DNA from: Candidatus Latescibacterota bacterium
GTDB lineage: Bacteria; Latescibacterota; UBA2968; UBA8231
Reading direction: 5' to 3'
DNA: 64,000 bases
NCBI GenBank assembly: GCA_965200315.1
Contig: OZ241362.1
Span: forward strand, 384,001 to 448,000
Of the stretch, positions 55,756-64,000 are shown piece by piece (the first letter of the stretch is position 1; each line of letters begins with the position of its first letter). A model generated the notes under the pieces. The model worked only from the letters and a program-made list of their open reading frames with translations, searched no databases and was not told where the DNA came from. A program made the translations under genes and the position numbers.

Positions 55756-58515
55756 CTAGGCTTCGACGAGCTTGAGGCTGGCGTTTAGCTTCTCCTGCAC
55801 AGCGCGATATTCGGCTTGGCGCTGGCGCTCCTGTGCGACGATTTCGGGCGGCGCTTGGGTGAGGAAGCGGTCATTGGCGAGTTTGGCGTCTAGGCCCTTG
55901 AGCAGGCGGTCCATCTTTTGAATTTCTCGTTGGAGCCGCTGCCGCTCTGCCGCCAGGTCGATCAATCCCTCTAAGGGCACGAAAATCTCGGCCGCGGCCG
56001 TCATCGCGCTGCCCGAAGCTGGCGGCCGGACGAGCCTTTGACCGACTTGCACGGATGCGGCCCGAGTCAACAGCTCGATGTAGGGAATGGCTTGGCGCAG
56101 AGTCTGTTCCACCTCGTCTGAGACAGCCGAGATCAAGACCTCGACTTGACGCCCCGGCGGGACATTCATCTCGCCGCGAATGATCCGCACCCCAGTTACT
56201 ACCTCTTGCAGACACTGCATTTGCGCTTCGGCCTCCGGGTCTATCAGCGCGTCATCGCATTCCGGCCAAGCCGCAACCATGATACTCTTAGCCGACGAGC
56301 CGTGAGGCAGGGCCTGCCACAAGGTCTCGGTGATAAAGGGCATAATGGGATGCAACAGCCGCAGGGCGGTTTCGAGCACGCCCACGAGATGCTCTTGGGC
56401 TGTGCGCCGTGCCTCGGGATCGCCGCCCTGCAAGCGTACCTTGGCCAATTCGAGGTACCAATCGCAATAGTCGCGCCAGACAAAGTCGTAGATCGCCCGC
56501 GTCAGGTCGCTGAAGCGATAGGATTGCATGGCCTCGGTCATCTCGCGCACAGCCACCTGCAACCGGCTCCAAATCCAGCGGTCGGCCAATGCGCTGCGCT
56601 CGCAGGGGCCCGGCTCGTATCCGTCGATGTTCAGCAGCACGAAGCGGGTCGCATTCCATAGCTTGTTGCCAAAGTTGCGGCCGGCCTCCGCGCTGGCCGA
56701 AGCCTGCACTTGGTTGTTGGCAACAGCCGCATCAAAGCGCACGTCTTGGACGGCTCCGGCCTGTGCCAACAGACAGTAGCGGGTCGCATCCGCGCCATAG
56801 CGCGCGACCAAGTCGAGCGGGTTGAGGCCCGTGCCCAAGCTCTTGCTCATGCGGCGGCCGTCTTGGGTCAGAATGGTCGGATGGACCAGCACCGTCTTAA
56901 AGGGAATTTGCTCTATGCACTCTAGAGAGGTCATGGCCATCCGCAAAACCCACAAATAGAGAATGTCGCGGGCCGTGATCATCAAATTCGTGGGATAAAA
57001 GTAATCCAGCGCGTCGCTGCGCTGCGGCCAGCCGAGGGTGGCAAAGGGCCACAGGGCAGAAGAAAACCACGTGTCGAGCACGTCTGGGTCTTGCGCCCAA
57101 TCTCGGCCGCCGCACTCGGCACAGGCGGACGGCTCAGCCGCGCTGACTACGGGCTTGGCTCCAGCCGCCACCGAGACCCTGAAGTTGCCCTCGCGCAGGG
57201 CCTGCTCCCGGTCCAAGACGCCCATGGGGACCAGCCCATCGGCACTGCAATGGGTGCAATACCAAGCGGGAATGCGATGCCCCCACCAGATCTGCCGCGA
57301 CAAGGCCCAATCGCGTATTTGGTCCAACCATTCGATGGCATAGTGGCGGAAGCGGTCGGGTGCGTATTGGATGTCCTCCTGCACGAGCACGGGCCGCACC
57401 TTGGCCGCCAGCTCCTTCATGTCCATAAACCACTGCTCCATCGGCAGGGGTTCGACGATGGTGCCGCACTTGTCGTGATGGGGTACGGCGTGTTGGTGGT
57501 CCTCTATTTTTTCTAGTAACCCCTCGGCTTCCAACGCGGCCACGACCTCCTTGCGGGCTGCGTAGCGCTCCAACCCGGCAAAGCGGCCGGCCGCCTCGGT
57601 CATAATCCCGTCAAAGCCGATGACTTGGATTTGCGCTAGATCGTGGCGCAAGCCTAGCTCGTAGTCATTAGGATCGTGGGCCGGCGTGACCTTGACCGCT
57701 CCGCTGCCCAGTTCGGGATCGGCGTACTCATCGGCGACGATGGGAATGACTCTATCTGTCAGCGGTAGCTCGACTTGCAGGCCAATGGCCTCGCGCCAGC
57801 GGTCGTCGTTGGGGTGAACGGCTACAGCCGTGTCTCCGAGCATGGTCTCCGGCCGCGTGGTGGCAACCACAACTTGCAGCGCACCCTCTTGAGCCGGGTA
57901 GCGAATGTGCCACAAGTGGCCAGCGACCTCGCGCTCTTCGGTCTCTAAGTCGGAAATGACGGTGTGGCAATGCGGACACCAGTTGATCATGCGGGTGCCG
58001 CGGTAAATCCATCCTTTTTCCGCGAAACGCTCGAAAGACTGCAATACGGCTTCGACGTACTCATCGTCGAGCGTGAACCGTGCCTTGCGCCAATCGTAGC
58101 TGGCCCCGAGCTGGCGCAATTGGTGATAGATAGCGTCCCCGTATTTTTCCTTCCACTGCCAAATTCGGTCGAGCATGGCGTCGCGCCCCAAGTCGTAGCG
58201 GCTCTTGCCCTCGACTTCTAAAAGCTCCTGCTCGACCTTCATCTGGGTGGCAATGCCCGCGTGATCGGTGCCCGGCAGACAGAGCGTCTCAAAGCCCTGC
58301 ATCCGCTTCCACCTCACCACTAGGTCGTGGATGGCGTGTTGAATCGCGTGGCCCATGTGCAGTTCGCCCGTCACGTTGGGCGGGGGAATTACTATACTGT
58401 AAGAGGGCTTGTCCGGGTTGATCTCCGCGTTAAAAAGGCCGTTTTCCTCCCAGAAATCGTACCACTTTTTTTCGATCGCCACCGGATCGTACGTCCTAGC
58501 CAATTCTTCTGTCAT
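55756..58515 (-). CDS. valS: Valyl-tRNA synthetase
   Basis: PPPNVTGELHMGHA, DHAGIATQ, SRQIWWGHRIP, DVLDTWFSS, RMSKS. Confidence 0.98.
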   Translation of the reverse strand: MTEELARTYDPVAIEKKWYDFWEENGLFNAEINPDKPSYSIVIPPPNVTGELHMGHAIQHAIHDLVVRWKRMQGFETLCLPGTDHAGIATQMKVEQELLEVEGKSRYDLGRDAMLDRIWQWKEKYGDAIYHQLRQLGASYDWRKARFTLDDEYVEAVLQSFERFAEKGWIYRGTRMINWCPHCHTVISDLETEEREVAGHLWHIRYPAQEGALQVVVATTRPETMLGDTAVAVHPNDDRWREAIGLQVELPLTDRVIPIVADEYADPELGSGAVKVTPAHDPNDYELGLRHDLAQIQVIGFDGIMTEAAGRFAGLERYAARKEVVAALEAEGLLEKIEDHQHAVPHHDKCGTIVEPLPMEQWFMDMKELAAKVRPVLVQEDIQYAPDRFRHYAIEWLDQIRDWALSRQIWWGHRIPAWYCTHCSADGLVPMGVLDREQALREGNFRVSVAAGAKPVVSAAEPSACAECGGRDWAQDPDVLDTWFSSALWPFATLGWPQRSDALDYFYPTNLMITARDILYLWVLRMAMTSLECIEQIPFKTVLVHPTILTQDGRRMSKSLGTGLNPLDLVARYGADATRYCLLAQAGAVQDVRFDAAVANNQVQASASAEAGRNFGNKLWNATRFVLLNIDGYEPGPCERSALADRWIWSRLQVAVREMTEAMQSYRFSDLTRAIYDFVWRDYCDWYLELAKVRLQGGDPEARRTAQEHLVGVLETALRLLHPIMPFITETLWQALPHGSSAKSIMVAAWPECDDALIDPEAEAQMQCLQEVVTGVRIIRGEMNVPPGRQVEVLISAVSDEVEQTLRQAIPYIELLTRAASVQVGQRLVRPPASGSAMTAAAEIFVPLEGLIDLAAERQRLQREIQKMDRLLKGLDAKLANDRFLTQAPPEIVAQERQRQAEYRAVQEKLNASLKLVEA

Positions 58516-58657
58516 GCCGCGTCCTTATCCTTGTGTTTAATATGCAGGTTAAAATCAAAATATAACCCTTTCCCAACCCTGACAATTTTGCTCGCCGCGC
58601 TCGGCTGTCTATTTTGTGTCCAGTTCATTTCACCTGTCCTGTGATAGGCTATTCAAT

Positions 58658-59584
58658 ATGGGCAACTGGTCCAAGCTGCAAACCGAACAGCGCAATCCAG
58701 GCACGGAGCAGATCGACGAGGTCTCGACGCTAGAGATGCTGGCGATTATCAATCGAGAAGACGCCCTCGTACCGGCCGCAGTCGCCACGCAATTGGCCCC
58801 CATCGCCGCGGCGGTTGACTTGGTGGCCGGCCAGCTTGGAAGCGGAGGCCGCCTGTTCTACCTCGGCGCGGGGACCAGCGGCCGGCTCGGCGTACTGGAT
58901 GCGGCCGAATGCCCTCCCACTTTTGGCGCAAGCCCCCAGTTGGTTCAGGGCCTAATCGCCGGCGGACCAGCAGCTCTGCGCCAAGCTGTAGAAGGTGCCG
59001 AGGACGACCGCGAGGCCGCATCCAGCGAATTGGCTCGACAGGGCTTGGGCCCGGCCGACGTGCTCATGGGCATTGCCGCCAGCGGCGTAACCCCTTTCGT
59101 TATCAGCGGCATGGAATACGCCGAGCAGCAAGGTTGTCCGGCGATCTTTTTTACGTGTAGCCCCACGGCCGCCGAATCCGTTGCAGCCGCAATCAAGATC
59201 GTCCCCGAGGTCGGGCCAGAAGTTATCACTGGCTCGACGCGGATGAAGGCCGGAACCGCAACCAAGCTAGTGCTCAATATGATCAGCACCGGCGCGATGG
59301 TGAAATTGGGCAAGACCTACGGCAACCTAATGGTCGATCTCCAACCCACCAATGCCAAGCTGCGCGACCGCGCCGAGCGCATCTTGGCGACGTTGACCGG
59401 CACCTCACCCCAAGTGGCCGCCGCCCGGCTGCAAGCGGCCGGCGGCGATTTGAAGCTGGCGCTGGTCATGGAACTGTGCCAGCTAGATCGCGGCCAAGCA
59501 GAGCTCCTTCTCGACACCTGCGGCGGAAGCGTCAAGGCCGCCACCCTCGCCACTGGAGCAACCCCTTGCAATACGCAAACCTAG
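58658..59584 (+). CDS. murQ: N-acetylmuramic acid 6-phosphate etherase
   Basis: TEQRNP, GAGTSGRLGVLDAAECPPTF, GPEVITGSTRMKAGTA. Confidence 0.96.
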   Translation: MGNWSKLQTEQRNPGTEQIDEVSTLEMLAIINREDALVPAAVATQLAPIAAAVDLVAGQLGSGGRLFYLGAGTSGRLGVLDAAECPPTFGASPQLVQGLIAGGPAALRQAVEGAEDDREAASSELARQGLGPADVLMGIAASGVTPFVISGMEYAEQQGCPAIFFTCSPTAAESVAAAIKIVPEVGPEVITGSTRMKAGTATKLVLNMISTGAMVKLGKTYGNLMVDLQPTNAKLRDRAERILATLTGTSPQVAAARLQAAGGDLKLALVMELCQLDRGQAELLLDTCGGSVKAATLATGATPCNTQT

Positions 59585-60510
59585 GTCGCACAAACTTGCG
59601 CCTGTCCGTCTTGGGCCTTGGCACGGTGCAATTGGGCATGGCGTATGGCTGGGACCAGCAACCGCCGCCGCCTGACGCCCGCGTGATTGGCCTAATCCGC
59701 CGCGCCTTGGAGTTGGGCATCAACTACATCGACACGGCCGCAGAGTACGGCCGCAGCGAAAGCCTCGTGGGCCGTGCGTGTGCTGGGCTGAGGTGTCGGC
59801 CCGTGATTGCCACCAAGCTCTCCATCCGCGACGCCGACAGTACGCGGCTGTTGACCGGGCAGGCACTGCGGCAGTCGGTCGAGCAGGCACTGAGCCAGAG
59901 CTTGCAGAGGCTCGGCGTCGATGTACTCGAACTTGTGCAGTTGCACAGCCTCGACACGCGCTTTGCAACCCCGGAACTGCTGGAATTGTTAGCTCAGTAC
60001 AGCCAACGCGGCTGGGTGCGCTATTGGGGCGTTACCACGTATGGCGAAGAGGCACCGCTCGACGCCTTAGATCATCCCGAGCTAATTTGCTCGATGCAGA
60101 TACCGTATAGTGCGCTCGACCGCCGGATGGAACGCAAGGTGATCCCCCGCGCCCAAGCACAGAGGACGGGCGTCATCCTGCGCTCGATCTTCCTTCAGGG
60201 CGTCCTGTCGCATCGGCTCGACTCGCTCCCAGCCGCCCTCAACGATCTGTCCCCTTTGGCCGCTCCCCTGCTGAGGCTAGCACAGGACGCAGGTATAGAG
60301 CTGGCCGCACTATCTTTGCGCTTTGCCGCCTTTGCTTCCGGTGCTCATTCAGCTATTTTCGGCACCACGAACGTCTCCGAACTCGAAGCCAATATCCGCG
60401 CAGTCGAGGCCGGCCCTCTACCGCCCGATCTAGTAGCAGCCGTGCGCGCAATCGAGGTCGCGGATTCAGCCCTGCTCAACCCTGGCAACTGGAGGTTATC
60501 TACGCTGTGA
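59566..60510 (+). CDS. Aldo/keto reductase
   Basis: LGRTNLRLSVLGLGTVQLG, IDTAAEYG.SE, SLQRLG; TTG start after GGAG. Confidence 0.9.
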   Translation: MQYANLGRTNLRLSVLGLGTVQLGMAYGWDQQPPPPDARVIGLIRRALELGINYIDTAAEYGRSESLVGRACAGLRCRPVIATKLSIRDADSTRLLTGQALRQSVEQALSQSLQRLGVDVLELVQLHSLDTRFATPELLELLAQYSQRGWVRYWGVTTYGEEAPLDALDHPELICSMQIPYSALDRRMERKVIPRAQAQRTGVILRSIFLQGVLSHRLDSLPAALNDLSPLAAPLLRLAQDAGIELAALSLRFAAFASGAHSAIFGTTNVSELEANIRAVEAGPLPPDLVAAVRAIEVADSALLNPGNWRLSTL

Positions 60511-61604
60511 ATGAACCTATGCCCGGCCAAGCTCTAGACGATTTAGAGACCCCGGTACTGCTGCTCGATCTCGACCGCTTTGAATCCAATGTGCAGCAGA
60601 TGGCTGCGTATTGCCGCGACAACGGCAAGGCATGGCGGCCCCACAGCAAGGCACACAAATCCCCGGCCATCGCCCACATTGAGCTGGCCAATGGGGCTTG
60701 TGGCATCACCTGCGCCAAACTGAGCGAAGCCGAGTGGATGGTCGCGCATGGCGTACCTTCCATCTTGCTGGCCAACCAGATCGTCAGCCCAGCAAAATTC
60801 GCCGCCTTAGCCCGCCTGCAACACCAAGCAGAAGTCATTGCCGCCGTAGATAATATCGCCGTCGTCGAACCTATGGCCGCCGCCGCCGCCGCCGAGGGCG
60901 TCCGCATCCCGGTGGTCGTGGAAATCGACATTGGCATGAAGCGGGTCGGCGTGGAGCCTGGCCCTCCTAGTCTCGCTTTGTCCAAGGCCATTAGCGACCA
61001 ACCTAAGCTGGCGTTCAGGGGTCTGATGGGCTACGAAGGCCATGTGCTCGACTGCTGGCCACTCCAAGCTAAGAAAAAGGCCTGTTACCAAGCACTGGAT
61101 ATATTAGGAGAATCTCGTAACTTACTGGAAAACAATGGACTACAGGTAGAGATCGTCAGCGCCGGTGGCACGGGCTCCTACGAGCTCAGTGCTCTCCACG
61201 ACGGGATCACCGAAATCCAAGCTGGCGGCGGCGTGTTTATGGACGTCATGTATCGCCGGAAATGTCACGTCGAAGCGCACACCCCCGCCCTAACGGTACT
61301 CACCTCGGTCACCAGCCGTGCGGCGGACCGCGTCGTCGTCGATGCTGGCTTTAAGACGCTGTCGTCGGGCCACCAGCCGCCGGAGGTGCTGGGCCGAGAC
61401 GATCTGCGCTTGCGCGGCCTGTCTGCTGAACACGGCGTCTTCAACATCGTAGAGGGTCAGGCTGGCCCGGCCTTGGGCGAGCGGATCGAATTGCTCGTCG
61501 GCTATTCCGATTCAACGACCTTTTTACACAATTACTTCATCGCCGTCCGCAAGGGACGTGTGGAGAAAATATGGGACATCTCAGCGCGGGGCCTCTTGCG
61601 CTGA
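60507..61604 (+). CDS. DSD1 / D-threonine aldolase family PLP enzyme
   Basis: LETP, WRPHSKAHK, GYEGH, SAGGTG, EIQAG, LSAEHG. Confidence 0.9.
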   Translation: MNEPMPGQALDDLETPVLLLDLDRFESNVQQMAAYCRDNGKAWRPHSKAHKSPAIAHIELANGACGITCAKLSEAEWMVAHGVPSILLANQIVSPAKFAALARLQHQAEVIAAVDNIAVVEPMAAAAAAEGVRIPVVVEIDIGMKRVGVEPGPPSLALSKAISDQPKLAFRGLMGYEGHVLDCWPLQAKKKACYQALDILGESRNLLENNGLQVEIVSAGGTGSYELSALHDGITEIQAGGGVFMDVMYRRKCHVEAHTPALTVLTSVTSRAADRVVVDAGFKTLSSGHQPPEVLGRDDLRLRGLSAEHGVFNIVEGQAGPALGERIELLVGYSDSTTFLHNYFIAVRKGRVEKIWDISARGLLR

Positions 61605-61632
61605 CGCCGAGCAATAGCAACGGAGACAACAG

Positions 61633-61911
61633 ATGACTAAAGCCGAAATCGCCCAGCAGCTAGCCCAGAGTACTGGATTCTCCCAAGTCGATACCGCAGC
61701 CGTTATCGAGGGGTTCATCGAAGCCGTAACCCAAGCATTGGAAAAGGGCGATCACGTCGAAATTCGCGGCTTTGGCACCTTCAAGGTCGTGGAGCGCGCA
61801 CCGCGCACCGGCCGCAACCCCAAAGCCGACGCGACCATCGCCATCCCCAAGCGCAAGACCCCGACCTTCAAACCCTCCAACGCCGTAAAGAGCAGAATCG
61901 TCCAGCGCTAA
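61633..61911 (+). CDS. HU/IHF-family DNA-binding protein (second paralogue)
   Basis: MTKAEI, VEIRGFGTFKV, RTGRNPK, PTFKPS. Confidence 0.93.
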   Translation: MTKAEIAQQLAQSTGFSQVDTAAVIEGFIEAVTQALEKGDHVEIRGFGTFKVVERAPRTGRNPKADATIAIPKRKTPTFKPSNAVKSRIVQR

Positions 61912-61913
61912 CT

Positions 61914-63017
61914 ATGAACCTGCTGTTGATTTCGGTCGATAGCCTGCGCTTGGATTTTGCCCCGGGGATCAGTGCGGCCGTGCGCACGCCGCGATTTTCC
62001 GCCTTGACGCACGATTTTCGCATCTGCCAACACTGCTTTTCGGTCTCTTCGGCGACGCGCCCGGTCCACACCTCGCTTTTTACCGGGCTGTACCCGTTTG
62101 AACACGGCATAGCAGGCCAGCAGTCGCCTGCTATGCGACAAGGAGTCGCCGATCTTTTCGACCTCTGCCGTCGAGCGGGCTATGCAGTCGGTGCTTTCTC
62201 AGAGGCCCCGGACATTTTCACCGGCCTGAGCTATGCTGACCACATCGCCCCCTTGCCGGCCGACGAGCAGCTTGCCGGCTGGCTGCAACGCCGCGAGCCT
62301 ACTGTTCTCTTTTTGCACTACTGGAGCGTTCATCCCCCTTACGGCGCCGCAGACGGGCTGGCCTTTGGGGAGGTTGGCCAGTTGCTAGCGGCTGGGCGCA
62401 TCGACATGGTGCAGGCGCACTACCGCACGGCCATTGAACAGCTCTTTGAGCGGCACATCGCCCGGCTGTTGGCCGCTTTAGACCTGAGTGCGTGGGCCGT
62501 TTTTATTTTCAGCGACCACGGCCAGAGCTGGCGGGCCGACGAACCTTATCACGGTCAGACCCTGTGCAACGACGTGCTGCGGGTCCCTCTGTACTACCGG
62601 CTTCCCTCGCAGGAATCCGTCGGGCGCACGTTGATTTCCCTCGTAGATCTTTTTCCTACCTTCTTGTCGCTGTTGGAGTTAGAACACTGCTATCGCGGCT
62701 TTGCCCGCGACATCCGCACCCCTTCCCCACCCGAGTACTACTTGGCCGAAATCGACCCCGGCCCAGCCGCGCAACACGGCCGCCAATGGTCTCTCTTCAA
62801 TGCCAGCACCAAATTCACCTGCGATCAATCGACTCAGCGCGAGACCTTAGTCGAAACGTTTAGCGAGCGGCCGCTCGCGGCGCTGGACACGCTCCCCTAC
62901 CACCAAGCGTATGCGGCGCTCCGAGCGGCTTCTAGCTATGTACAAGCGGCGTTTGCCACAGCCGCCGACCAAGCACTGTTGGAGCAGCGGCTGCGAAAGC
63001 TAGGGTATCTAGAGTGA
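61914..63017 (+). CDS. Sulfatase-like (alkaline phosphatase superfamily) protein
   Basis: NLLLISVDSLRLD, TRPVHTSLFTGLYP, HPPY, SDHG, C-terminal LRKLGYL. Confidence 0.88.
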   Translation: MNLLLISVDSLRLDFAPGISAAVRTPRFSALTHDFRICQHCFSVSSATRPVHTSLFTGLYPFEHGIAGQQSPAMRQGVADLFDLCRRAGYAVGAFSEAPDIFTGLSYADHIAPLPADEQLAGWLQRREPTVLFLHYWSVHPPYGAADGLAFGEVGQLLAAGRIDMVQAHYRTAIEQLFERHIARLLAALDLSAWAVFIFSDHGQSWRADEPYHGQTLCNDVLRVPLYYRLPSQESVGRTLISLVDLFPTFLSLLELEHCYRGFARDIRTPSPPEYYLAEIDPGPAAQHGRQWSLFNASTKFTCDQSTQRETLVETFSERPLAALDTLPYHQAYAALRAASSYVQAAFATAADQALLEQRLRKLGYLE

Positions 63018-63225
63018 GTCAATCGGTTACCGACAGCGGAAACACACCTCCCGACCTTTCGACGACAGTCCTTCTGCTTGACACATATATCAAATTGGCC
63101 ACCATTGCACGGCGGCTTCGACAAGCAAAAACAATAGCAGAGGAGAGAAGATCGTGAAAAAAGAAGCGTGGAAGATACCGAGTATTATGAGGGATCGACG
63201 AACGTTTACTCGGTTGCCTCTCCCA

Positions 63226-63395
63226 GACATGTTCACCGGCCTGAGCTACGCCACCACATCGCCCCTTGCCGGCCGACGAGCAGCTTGCCGGCTGGCTCCA
63301 ACGCCTCTCTTTTTGCACTACTGGAGCGTTCATCCCCCTTACGGCACCGCAGACGGGTTGGCCTTTGGGGAAGTGGGCCAGTTGCTAGCGGCTGG
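63226..63395 (+). pseudogene. Degenerate partial duplicate of the adjacent sulfatase gene (62211-62395)
   Basis: Long shared stretches such as TCTCTTTTTGCACTACTGGAGCGTTCATCCCCCTTACGGC, with indels. Confidence 0.85.
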
Positions 63396-63502
63396 ATAGT
63401 TTTTGCTTAGATATATAAGAAGCTCCCCGCATTTAGCAGGCGACTCCTCGTACGTACAGGATCCTACATGCGGACGCCCCCAATAGTCCATGCAGGCCAT
63501 CA

Positions 63503-64000
63503 TTAATCCCCCGCGACTTTGAGCAGGCGTACACCAATGGTATAGCTGCGGGAGTCGGGTGAGTGTAAGTGGCGATACGCCGACCGCACGCCGTCAATAT
63601 GGCCGAAGTGGCCACCTCGGATGACGCGACCAAGGCCGGATGTAGGCCCCTGCGGGTCAACCCGAGGCGAGCTATTATAATAGTCCTCGTCATACCAATC
63701 CTGAACCCACTCCCAAACATTCCCGTGCATATCGTACAAGCCCCAAGGATTCGGCTGCCTACTACCTACCTTTTTCGCTCCTTCAGTCTCAGCATCAGGA
63801 TTGCCAAAATACCACGCATAATCCTTCAGTTGGCTCTCGTCATCCCCAAACGACCACGGCGTCTGCGTCCCCGCTCGACACGCATACTCCCACTCCGCCT
63901 CGGTCGGAAGACGATACAATTCCTCGCCCACTGCCGCATTCAGACGACTGATAAACTCCTGCACCTCATCCCAAGAAATAATCACCGCCGGATAAGATGG
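63503..64000 (-). CDS. FGE-sulfatase (SUMF1 / C-type-lectin fold) domain protein, 5' end outside window
   Basis: YRLPTEAEWEYACRAG, PNPWGLYDMHGNVWEW, RVIRGG. Confidence 0.93.
   Translation of the reverse strand, partial: PSYPAVIISWDEVQEFISRLNAAVGEELYRLPTEAEWEYACRAGTQTPWSFGDDESQLKDYAWYFGNPDAETEGAKKVGSRQPNPWGLYDMHGNVWEWVQDWYDEDYYNSSPRVDPQGPTSGLGRVIRGGHFGHIDGVRSAYRHLHSPDSRSYTIGVRLLKVAGD

Noticed and set aside
62211-64000. Diversity-generating retroelement (repeat pair next to an FGE/C-lectin-fold gene)
   Set aside because: The repeat copies the sulfatase rather than the FGE C-terminus, the differences are not adenine-specific and include indels, and no reverse transcriptase is in the window.
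1-64000. CRISPR array or rRNA genes
   Set aside because: No regularly spaced direct repeats, cas genes or rRNA-like sequence were seen.

Overview
A GC-rich bacterial chromosome segment, probably FCB group or Latescibacterota-like (inferred from a PorV-type gene, sulfatase and FGE-sulfatase domains and a BMC relic). Most of it is housekeeping: cysC, pyrH, purB, mreBC, ychF, thrC, two prs paralogues, apt, rsgA, hprK, mutL, leuS, asnS, the rimP-nusA-infB-rbfA-truB-RFK-rpsO-pnp block, der, miaA, rqcH, valS, murQ and four tRNAs. Accessory genes include an McrBC-like system, a TPAT/TRAP transporter and a VapBC-type pair. The main signal is non-coding: six dif-like (XerC-arm/6 bp/XerD-arm) sites sit at gene junctions between 10.3 and 54.1 kb. 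The three left sites read on + and the three right sites on -, so all point towards a tyrosine recombinase gene (35635-36609) that has its own perfect 13-6-13 palindromic site upstream. The innermost pair is identical over 27 bp and inverted, bracketing mutL and the recombinase. The second signal is a ~384-bp TnpB-less IS605-type element with an omega/reRNA-like end. It is inserted exactly between the native Shine-Dalgarno and the ATG of mcrB and supplies a replacement SD. All calls come from reading the sequence by eye; no database searches were run.
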